64,000 bases of DNA from a virus, in the IMG/VR virus record IMGVR_UViG_3300010373_000040, positions 21,240-85,239 of that record; one strand, given 5' to 3'. The translations under genes were made by a program, and so were the position numbers. Shown one piece after another: positions 55,833-64,000 of this stretch. Under the pieces are notes generated by a model, which was not told the DNA's origin, did no database searches, and was given only the letters and a program-made list of their open reading frames with translations. Position 1 is the stretch's first letter. Each line of letters begins with the position of its first letter.

Positions 55833-58800
55833 ATGATACAACCTAATAAGGAAAATGCTATAACTCCTGAAGAAAATGTTGGTACTCCAGCTACCAAACA
55901 ACAAGCTAAAGAGTTTACTCAGCAGGAAGCTACTAGTCAACAGCAGTTTGGTTTAGATACCTCTAATACTAATAGGGCTGATTTTTGGGAAAGTGTAGGG
56001 GAAGCTGATTTTGGTTCTTCTAAGTTTGATACTCAAAAGCTTACCCTAGAAGATACTAGTGCTACTATACAACAACACAGGTATGAGAGTCAAGATAAAC
56101 TAGATAAAACAGCTAATACTATAGCTAGAACAGTAGCTGGCACAGGACTTAAAATGCTTGATGGAATAGCTTTTTCTGGAGCTATGATAGGTAATGGTAT
56201 TGAAGGAGAATTTGATGTTAATGATGCTGCTGAGAATGCAGTATCTAAAAAACTCCAGGATCTTGAACAAACTATAGATAAAGCACTACCTATCTATAAA
56301 CCAGCTAACTATGATAAGCTGGGGTTCTATGATAAGATTATGAATACTAATGGGGGCTTCTTTTTTGATGAAGTGGCTGAAGCTTTTGAATTTGTAGGAT
56401 CTACAGCTCTATCTACTTACTTAGGTTCGGGAATGATTAATGCTGGTTTGAGAAGTGCTAGACTAGCAGCAACCACTGCTGGTAATGTAAACAAGATTAA
56501 GAAAACAGCTAGTCTTTTAAATAAAGCCTCTAAAACATTTGGTACTTCTGAGATAGGAGCTGTTGTATCTAAAGCCAAGAACCTCTCTGTATTTGGTGAA
56601 GCTCAGACTGCTGTATACAAAGAAGCTTATGATGCATCTAAGACATTCTTAAAGAATAATGTTCTTACTAAAGAGACTGCTTTAAACATTTACAATACTG
56701 CTGTAGAAGCAGGGATGGAAGGTCATGAAGTAGCTAAACAATATTTAGATTCTGTAGAAGCAGACATTAATGCTAAACAAGCACAGCAGTTTAAAATAGC
56801 TTCTGATAAAATCATGAGTGCTGTTGGTATTAGTGATGAAGAAAAACAACAAACACTGGAAGCTTTAAAATTAGATCAATCTAAAGAAAAAGAAGACATA
56901 CTAACTAAATCTTTAGATGAAGCTAAAAGAAGAGCTAATAATACTTTTGTATTGAATGCTGTAGCTTTGTATGGGCCTAATATGATCCAAACCAAAGCTT
57001 TACTAGGATCTATGGGAGCCAGTAGATCTGGAATTCAGAAATATGGTAAAGACTTAGCTGAAGTAAAAACCAACTTGCAAAAAGTTAAACCTTCTTATTT
57101 CTCTGAATTAGGAAAAAGTTATGCTACTAACTATCCTAGTGAATTAGGACAGGAAATTATACAGAAAGGTATTACCGATTACCAATTAGAATCTCATCCT
57201 GATACTAATAAAGGGTATTTAGAATCTGGTATTGATCAGGTGAGAGGTAGTATTACAAGTGCTATTAAAGGTATAGCTACTCAAGAGACTGCTGAAACAG
57301 CTCTGATTACAGCCCTTATTACAGCCCCTACTACATTTATAGATGCTAGTCATAGAACTAAGGCTGCTGAAGGAGAAGTTAAATCAATGTCTACTTTATT
57401 AGACAGTGCTGATAAGATCTATACTAATTACAGAGCTGATGTAAAATCAGTATATAAAACTGATGCAGAAGGTGAGGTACTTACAGATAGAGATAATAAT
57501 CCTATTGTAGATCAAGATGTAATTGACAGAAATGTATATGGTCAGATTGCAGATTTTGCTACAGCTCTAGAGACTTCTGATGCTATACTTAATAATGATG
57601 AGACTAGATTGAATCTTGTAAGAGGAAGATCATTAGCTGTATTGGCCCATGATTATGCTTCTATGGGAGAGAATGGTAGGGAATTAGCTAAGATGGTTAT
57701 AGATGATAAAGCTAATGAAGCTCAAGATAATGGTGATCAAGAAGAAGCTAGGTATTTACAAAATCAGAAGAAATATATTGATCAGTATATTGATACTTAT
57801 CATAAGATTGAAACATCTGAAGGAGATAGTACTGATCTTCTAGAACCTTCTAATGACAAAGAGGAAACTCAGGCTGCTAGAGATTTTGCTTTCCATAAGA
57901 AATATAAGAAGTCTTTATATCATCAAGCTGCTACTAGGTTAAACTTACAGAATGCTATAGCTGAAAATAATAATAAAATAGTAAGTCTTGAGAAAGATCT
58001 TGATGGTAAGCCTAGAGATGCTAAAACCAATGAAAAACTAGCCTCTGAAAATGAGAAGTTAGGTAAGGCTTTGGAACAATCTTTTGCTATTTCTAATAGC
58101 ATTAGAGAAAACTATGATAAGCTCAAAAAAGATTATTATAACAAAGTAGATTCTACTATTAAGATTCAAAAAGAGGTTAAAGCTCTTAATGATAAAGTTA
58201 AAGCTTTAGAAGTTGAAAGAACTACAGCTACTCCTGAAAGACAAATAGAAATTGACTCTGAAATACAAGATTCTAAGAATAAAGCATTAGGAGCTTCTCA
58301 GATATTAAATCAGAATGCTAAATATTCTGGTACAGCTTTTACAGATGCTCAGGATATAGTTAGGCAACCTTTCTCTAATATTGAAGATACTACTAATGAT
58401 TATGCTGAGAAAACTGTTAGTAGAAGTAAATTCTTTGATAAGAGGTATAAGATTCTACAAGCTCAATATAATGATGCTAGACAGAATGGTTTAATCCAAG
58501 AGCAAAAGAATCTGAGAGAACAATTAGAAGATTTAGCTAAGAAGATCCCTGCCGCTCAAGAACAAGCTGCAGCTTATCAGGAGCAGCTAGAGGGTTTATC
58601 TGAGAAAGTCAATTCTAATGCTTTACAAGGTGAGGAGAAAGATCAGGTAGATCAAGCTTATGCTGAAGCAGAGCAAGGTTTAGCTGATGTATCTGCTAGT
58701 ATAGATAATATGCTTGATACACAATACAAAGCTCAAGATAAGCTTTATAGTATTGATCAGCATAATCCTATAGCTAAGAAAGTATTTCATGACTATGAGG

Positions 58801-61800
58801 ACCTAAGACAATTTGCTCAGGACTTCCAGAAACAAAATAAAGATAACTTTGATAATCATCTTATAAAGTCTGCTATAGGTTCTATTATAGATTCTTTTAG
58901 TGAAGATGCTATTGGTAACAATCCTATAGAAATCTATGAAGATGTCCTAGAGAGAATCAGACTTAGTAACATATCTGAAGATGATATTATAAAAGAACTA
59001 AAAGCTTCTTTACAGGGATTCCAGAAGTTTGAAGAACTAGCAGCAGAGATGCCTGATCCAGAAGAATTCACTAATAGTTTTGGTGATATTCAGACTATAG
59101 CTCAGAATATTCAAACATTAGTAGAATATGCATCTAAGGTTAAAGGTGATGTGAAATACAATATTCCTAGTAACAAGTTAGGGGACTTGTTTGTACAGCT
59201 AGAACATGAACAACTTTTAGACATTACAGAAGACTATGCTGTAAAAGGTTTGAACAATAAAGGTTTTGTAGATGTAGCAGGACTATCTACTTTAAAAGAT
59301 AGTTTAGTTGGATCAATAGAGAGTTTAAAACATCCTAGCAGAGCTGACTTAACTTCTTCTCCAGACTATTTAAAGTTTAAGAATAGTGAGGGTATTACAG
59401 CAAGACTAGAGAAGTCTTTAACTGCTGTGAATAATCTGCTTGATGTAGCAAAAGCTAACATGGCTAGAAAACAAGGACAACAGATTACTATCAGAACTGA
59501 GTATCCTTTACAACAAGCAGAACAGATTGATATTGAAGGTTCTCCTATGCCTGTGGTATTACAGAGATTCTTACCAGAGTACCAATCTATATTAGATGCT
59601 GATCCAGTAAATGGTGTAGCTGTATTATGGGAGAAAGTAAGAAGTTCTAATAATAAAGAGTTCTTAAAGCAGTTTAAAGAAGCTATTGCTTATAACAGAG
59701 ACATTGATAGGTACAAGACTGCTCAATTCTATACTGCAGGTGGAGAGTTGAATAGAGAAATGTTAAGAGAAGCTTATGGTTTAGATTCAGCTACAGAGCT
59801 TCCTAATATTAGATTCAGCTCTGATTTAAGGACTGACATCCCTTCTATCCTACCTTTATACAATAGTCTTAGAACTAAAGAAGCTCTGGATGCTATTGAG
59901 AAAGCTATTGATACAGACTATACCTATGCTACAGCATTAGGTGATGAATTAGCTGCTGTAGAAGGTTCAGCCTTAGCTCCATCTCCTGAGCAATTAATAT
60001 CTATCAGGGAACTTTTAATGGCTCTTACTTCTGATAATAAGAATATAAGCTTCTTACAAGGTTCTGCTGGTACTGGTAAGTCTTCTGTAGTTATTCCTAC
60101 AGTACTGAAAGTAGCTAAGAAGTTAGGAGTCATTACTTCAGATGATCAGGTTTATGCTTTTGGTCATACACAAAGAAGTTCTGAGAATATAGCCCAAACT
60201 AGTTCTGGAGTATTGGGTTCTACCAAAGAGTTCCTAGAGATGGAACCTTCAGAATTTGATAAATACTCTGTAATAGTTATAGACGAGTTCCCTATGATGG
60301 ACTACTCTTCTTATACTAGAAAGATTGATGAGATAGTAAAGCATAAGCCCTCTATTAAGATTATAGCTCTGGGAGATTATAACCAGAATGTAGCAGGTAC
60401 TACTTCAGAACTTACTACTCAGAGGTCTAATAAGAAGTTTAACTTCATTCATCCATTGACTATAAAATATAGATCAAATAATGAATCTATAAACAACCTC
60501 AGCGATTTCTTCCAGAATACCAGAAAGAAGGTAAACAAAGTATCTGGTACAACTACAGGACCTTTGGGTACTTCAGGAATACAAGGATCTATTGTAACTA
60601 ATAGACTACAGGACCTACAGACTCAGATTAATGCTGATGCTGGTAATGCTTCTAAGGTAGTTGTAATAGCTTCTTACTTCCCTCAAGAAGTAGAAGCTTA
60701 TAAGAGAATGTTTGAAGGTTCTGGAATTGAAGTATTATCTACAGAAGAAGCTCAAGGTATTACTGTGGAAAGAGTTTTTACTATAGCCTCTCAGGTTCCT
60801 AACAATACAGCAATCTATACAGCCATTAGTAGAGCTTCACACTTCTCAATGTTGTATATGCCTACTCTAGAAGAGTTCCAGAACTTCACCAATCCTTCTG
60901 ATGCTACATATTTAGATGCTGTGCAGAGAGAAAGAGATATTCAGCTAAAAGCTACTAGAGAGAACTACAATGAACAAGTATCAGAACTATCTGGACTACT
61001 TGATAGATTTGGTATTACAGCTAATGTTAAAGCTGATCCTATTGATGTAACACCTGTAGGAGAAGTGGTAGCTGATGAAGATGTAGAGATTGAAGAAGGT
61101 GAAAGCTATGATGCTCCAGTAGTAGGTAATACTCCTGTTACATCTAAAGGTGGTATAACTGTTACATGGCCTGAGTCTAGCCCTTTAAAATCTAGAATTA
61201 TTAAATCTGGAGATGAGGTTATTCTTACTGAAGGTGACAAAGGACCTGAAGGATATAGAATTACTCACAAAGAAACAGGAGCCTTATTAGGGTTTATTTC
61301 TAGAACAGATCTACCTAGTACAGTATTAAGAACCTTAGAGAAAGGCCCTGCTACTTTAGAAGTCAATGAAGCCAACTATACCAACTACTTATATAAAACT
61401 GGTACAGATGCTTTTGGGGATAATCTTATTGAAGATAAGATCACAGACTTTGTGAATGGTCTTTATAAAGAAGATGAGGAAAAGCCTACAGCTTCTCAGG
61501 TTCTACAGAAAGCTAGATTTAGTGTAGTAATGGATGATAAAACTCCAGAAGGTTATGCTAAAGGAAGTATTGAGCTTACAATGAAGCTACCTAAGAGAGG
61601 TGAGCATTCTTTGAACTTCAACCAGATTACTACTAAGAACTATAAAAATTCTATAGTTGAAACTAGAGTTAAACTGGTTCAAGATTTTACTGATAAGGTA
61701 GTTAAGCTTAACGAGTACTTGACTGAGAGTTCCCAATATGGTACTTCTGCTTTCACAATCCTAGTTAAAGCTGCTTCTAATAACCTTGAGATACAAGAAG

Positions 61801-62672
61801 GTGTAGTTAAAGACAAGACTGTACCAATGTCTTCTGAGGATTTCCAAGAAGTATTCCTAAGTCTTTCTGATGAAACTTATGATAAAACTCCTTTAAATCA
61901 AGCTTTGAAGTATGCTAAGGATCTGGAGGATATAATGTATGTAGCTACTGAGATAGCTAAACTTACTTATGGACCTAGAAATAGCAAGATTAATTTCTCT
62001 GATGTAGCTCAAGCAGATGCTGCAGGAACTATCAACCTAGATGCTCTTAAAGGATACCAGAAGAAGAAATATGATCTCTATGCTAGAGAGAAGTATTCCA
62101 ATGGTAATAAATTAAGTAAAGAGGGCTTCTTTGTAAATAAGGAAGGTAAGGTTGTAGAAATAGAAACTCTAGAGTTAGGTGATGGACCTGCTCAGAAAGC
62201 ATTCTCTAGTATAGTAAAGACCTCTCAAAGATTCCTAGAAAAAGGAGGTTTGAAATATACATATAATGCTAAGGTAGGAGAGAAGTCATTGCTTACAGGA
62301 CTACCTCTACTAAGTACCAATCAAAGTCTAGTTAACATAATGTCAGACTTTGCTGTTCTGTCTTTAGGCCATTTGAATAATTTATTAGAGGTCCATAATA
62401 CTGTAGGGCTTAAAATACCTCTTACTGTAGCTGAGGTAACTAAAGCTAATGATTCTTTAGAATCTAAGATTGAGCTAGGTAAGAAGCTTACCTCTAATTT
62501 CATTGGTGTTACTCCTGGAGCCTTGACTTTAAGAATGCCTGGATTTGCGGAAAAAAATATAATAGTCACTACTCCTGCTGAAGTAGCTCAAACAATTACT
62601 CCTAAAACAAGTGGTCTTACAGATAATATTAGTAATTTGCTAGACAATTCAGACAATTTTACTTGTGACTAA
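55833..62672 (+). CDS. Giant virion cargo protein with RecD-like SF1 helicase domain
   Basis: 2279 aa; GSAGTGKS, VIVIDEF, LGDYNQ, KYRS, STEEAQG, YTAISRA. Confidence 0.8.
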   Translation: MIQPNKENAITPEENVGTPATKQQAKEFTQQEATSQQQFGLDTSNTNRADFWESVGEADFGSSKFDTQKLTLEDTSATIQQHRYESQDKLDKTANTIARTVAGTGLKMLDGIAFSGAMIGNGIEGEFDVNDAAENAVSKKLQDLEQTIDKALPIYKPANYDKLGFYDKIMNTNGGFFFDEVAEAFEFVGSTALSTYLGSGMINAGLRSARLAATTAGNVNKIKKTASLLNKASKTFGTSEIGAVVSKAKNLSVFGEAQTAVYKEAYDASKTFLKNNVLTKETALNIYNTAVEAGMEGHEVAKQYLDSVEADINAKQAQQFKIASDKIMSAVGISDEEKQQTLEALKLDQSKEKEDILTKSLDEAKRRANNTFVLNAVALYGPNMIQTKALLGSMGASRSGIQKYGKDLAEVKTNLQKVKPSYFSELGKSYATNYPSELGQEIIQKGITDYQLESHPDTNKGYLESGIDQVRGSITSAIKGIATQETAETALITALITAPTTFIDASHRTKAAEGEVKSMSTLLDSADKIYTNYRADVKSVYKTDAEGEVLTDRDNNPIVDQDVIDRNVYGQIADFATALETSDAILNNDETRLNLVRGRSLAVLAHDYASMGENGRELAKMVIDDKANEAQDNGDQEEARYLQNQKKYIDQYIDTYHKIETSEGDSTDLLEPSNDKEETQAARDFAFHKKYKKSLYHQAATRLNLQNAIAENNNKIVSLEKDLDGKPRDAKTNEKLASENEKLGKALEQSFAISNSIRENYDKLKKDYYNKVDSTIKIQKEVKALNDKVKALEVERTTATPERQIEIDSEIQDSKNKALGASQILNQNAKYSGTAFTDAQDIVRQPFSNIEDTTNDYAEKTVSRSKFFDKRYKILQAQYNDARQNGLIQEQKNLREQLEDLAKKIPAAQEQAAAYQEQLEGLSEKVNSNALQGEEKDQVDQAYAEAEQGLADVSASIDNMLDTQYKAQDKLYSIDQHNPIAKKVFHDYEDLRQFAQDFQKQNKDNFDNHLIKSAIGSIIDSFSEDAIGNNPIEIYEDVLERIRLSNISEDDIIKELKASLQGFQKFEELAAEMPDPEEFTNSFGDIQTIAQNIQTLVEYASKVKGDVKYNIPSNKLGDLFVQLEHEQLLDITEDYAVKGLNNKGFVDVAGLSTLKDSLVGSIESLKHPSRADLTSSPDYLKFKNSEGITARLEKSLTAVNNLLDVAKANMARKQGQQITIRTEYPLQQAEQIDIEGSPMPVVLQRFLPEYQSILDADPVNGVAVLWEKVRSSNNKEFLKQFKEAIAYNRDIDRYKTAQFYTAGGELNREMLREAYGLDSATELPNIRFSSDLRTDIPSILPLYNSLRTKEALDAIEKAIDTDYTYATALGDELAAVEGSALAPSPEQLISIRELLMALTSDNKNISFLQGSAGTGKSSVVIPTVLKVAKKLGVITSDDQVYAFGHTQRSSENIAQTSSGVLGSTKEFLEMEPSEFDKYSVIVIDEFPMMDYSSYTRKIDEIVKHKPSIKIIALGDYNQNVAGTTSELTTQRSNKKFNFIHPLTIKYRSNNESINNLSDFFQNTRKKVNKVSGTTTGPLGTSGIQGSIVTNRLQDLQTQINADAGNASKVVVIASYFPQEVEAYKRMFEGSGIEVLSTEEAQGITVERVFTIASQVPNNTAIYTAISRASHFSMLYMPTLEEFQNFTNPSDATYLDAVQRERDIQLKATRENYNEQVSELSGLLDRFGITANVKADPIDVTPVGEVVADEDVEIEEGESYDAPVVGNTPVTSKGGITVTWPESSPLKSRIIKSGDEVILTEGDKGPEGYRITHKETGALLGFISRTDLPSTVLRTLEKGPATLEVNEANYTNYLYKTGTDAFGDNLIEDKITDFVNGLYKEDEEKPTASQVLQKARFSVVMDDKTPEGYAKGSIELTMKLPKRGEHSLNFNQITTKNYKNSIVETRVKLVQDFTDKVVKLNEYLTESSQYGTSAFTILVKAASNNLEIQEGVVKDKTVPMSSEDFQEVFLSLSDETYDKTPLNQALKYAKDLEDIMYVATEIAKLTYGPRNSKINFSDVAQADAAGTINLDALKGYQKKKYDLYAREKYSNGNKLSKEGFFVNKEGKVVEIETLELGDGPAQKAFSSIVKTSQRFLEKGGLKYTYNAKVGEKSLLTGLPLLSTNQSLVNIMSDFAVLSLGHLNNLLEVHNTVGLKIPLTVAEVTKANDSLESKIELGKKLTSNFIGVTPGALTLRMPGFAEKNIIVTTPAEVAQTITPKTSGLTDNISNLLDNSDNFTCD

Positions 62673-62674
62673 AA

Positions 62675-64000
62675 ATGGGATGTAAATTTGAACCTTTAGA
62701 TGGTGGACCTATTCTTTATTTTAAAGACAGATCTGAGGCCATTGAATTCTTTACTAAGAACCCTGAATATCAGAATCAATTAACTACTTCTGAATCAGGG
62801 TTTTATTACAATGGACCTAAAGATACTCTAGAGCCTAATACTAAGGACCTTGGAGAATTAATCTCTCAGGTGGAAGCTGTGAAGTTATTTAAAGAGCTTC
62901 TACCTTCTGCTGATACTAAAGATTTAGTATTCCTAAGTACTTTGTCAGATAAAGGTAGATACTACAAAGGGGTTATTCAGTTAGCTAATACAGGTAGAAT
63001 TAATGAGAATGTTGTAAGACATGAGGTATTTCATAAGATTTTTAATGAGTATCTTACAGAGTCTGAAAGACAAGACTATATAAATTATGCTAAGGAAATC
63101 TGGCCTACAGCAGATACCGCTATAGCAGAAGAATTACTAGCTAGAGATTTCCAAACCTATAGAAATAAGCCAGAATCTATCTCTTTAAAGATTGCTAAGA
63201 TCCTTAGAAGAATACTTAATCTATTGAACTTAGTTAGATCTACTCCACAGGAGAAGCTTAATAAGCTATACAATCAAATTAACAAAGGTAAGTACAAGAA
63301 GATTTCTGGTAATGGTTACTTAGATACTGCTGTTAAAAACTATAGTGGGTTTAAGAAAGACTTCCAGAGTCCCGAAGCCTATAAGAAAGCTTCTGCTACT
63401 TTAGATTTAGATATTTACAATAGGTCTAAGCTTGTGCATCCCGACCAGTTAAATTCCAAGAACATAGAAAACATATTAGGGGATACACTTGGGAAAAAGG
63501 ATGCCTTGCTTTTACTTCCTTATTTATACAAAGATAAGATAGCCTCTTTAACCAAAGAGCTATCCAGGGACTCTGTAGATGCTTCTACTAAGCTATCTAT
63601 TCAAGACTCTATTGAGAACCTAGAGAACATCCTTAAAAACTATGATAAGTTAGCCAAAGAACTATATCCTCAAGAATTTGCTGCTGTGGAAGAAGGTATT
63701 TCTGCAGCTATGAAAAATGATTTTAATGATGAAGTAGCTGTAAGAAATCATACAGAAGTTAAGCAATTTCCTGAAGTTGCAGAAGATCCAGATATAGACT
63801 CTGATGCTGTTACAGACTTTACAGATAGAGAAGATTCAGGAGCTATCTTTGCTTCTGAGATTGGAGATAACAATCAGAAGGATCTAGAGACTACTGTAAA
63901 TGAAGATGTAAAATGGTTTCTTAGTCATATACCTGATGGTAAAGGAGGCTTCTATAATTCTAGAAAAGTATTTCCCGTAGCTATTAAGCTAGTGAATACT
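62675..64000 (+). CDS. Giant virion polyprotein, N-terminal part with zincin domain (possibly the virion RNA polymerase gene); truncated
   Basis: ATG 62675 (MGCKFEPLDGG...); VRHEVFHKIF...AEELLARDF zincin motif; appears open to the window end. Confidence 0.7.
   Translation, partial: MGCKFEPLDGGPILYFKDRSEAIEFFTKNPEYQNQLTTSESGFYYNGPKDTLEPNTKDLGELISQVEAVKLFKELLPSADTKDLVFLSTLSDKGRYYKGVIQLANTGRINENVVRHEVFHKIFNEYLTESERQDYINYAKEIWPTADTAIAEELLARDFQTYRNKPESISLKIAKILRRILNLLNLVRSTPQEKLNKLYNQINKGKYKKISGNGYLDTAVKNYSGFKKDFQSPEAYKKASATLDLDIYNRSKLVHPDQLNSKNIENILGDTLGKKDALLLLPYLYKDKIASLTKELSRDSVDASTKLSIQDSIENLENILKNYDKLAKELYPQEFAAVEEGISAAMKNDFNDEVAVRNHTEVKQFPEVAEDPDIDSDAVTDFTDREDSGAIFASEIGDNNQKDLETTVNEDVKWFLSHIPDGKGGFYNSRKVFPVAIKLVNT

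Noticed and set aside
33805-64000. Stop-codon reassignment (code 15 or 4), as in some crAss-like phages
   Set aside because: Late genes are full length in code 11, TAG ends terL, and there is no suppressor tRNA; the TAG anticodon is Leu and reads CTA
1-64000. CRISPR array, diversity-generating retroelement or integrase
   Set aside because: No regularly spaced repeats, reverse transcriptase motif or recombinase seen in this window

Overview
64-kb segment of an AT-rich, CpG-poor crAss-like (Crassvirales-type) phage, standard genetic code, probably with a Bacteroidota host (TTTG-N19/20-TAnnTTTG promoters). The minus-strand arm (1 to ~27.2 kb) holds the replication module (family B DNA polymerase, RusA-like resolvase, primase, SSB-like protein, AAA ATPase, DnaB, SF2 helicase) and many small early genes separated by structured intergenic elements. 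The plus-strand arm (~27.4 kb to the end) holds an RHH regulator with a palindromic operator, a five-tRNA operon, Tad2/DUF2829, a GroES-like protein, HNH and PD-(D/E)XK nucleases, terminase, portal, scaffold, major capsid, ring and muzzle proteins, and giant cargo proteins (one with an SF1 helicase domain, one with a zincin domain, truncated). Main finding: the tRNA operon lies behind what looks like a ribosome-mediated transcription attenuator. A probably leaderless 24-aa peptide carries seven consecutive CNN codons (Leu-His-Leu-Gln-Pro-Gln-Arg) and is followed by mutually exclusive antiterminator and terminator pairings. The five tRNAs (Pro, Gln, His, Arg, Leu) are the CNN-reading set and all have A37 rather than the TrmD-methylated G37. 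This suggests a sensor that turns on replacement tRNAs when host CNN decoding fails. All product calls come from motif recognition and synteny; no searches were run.
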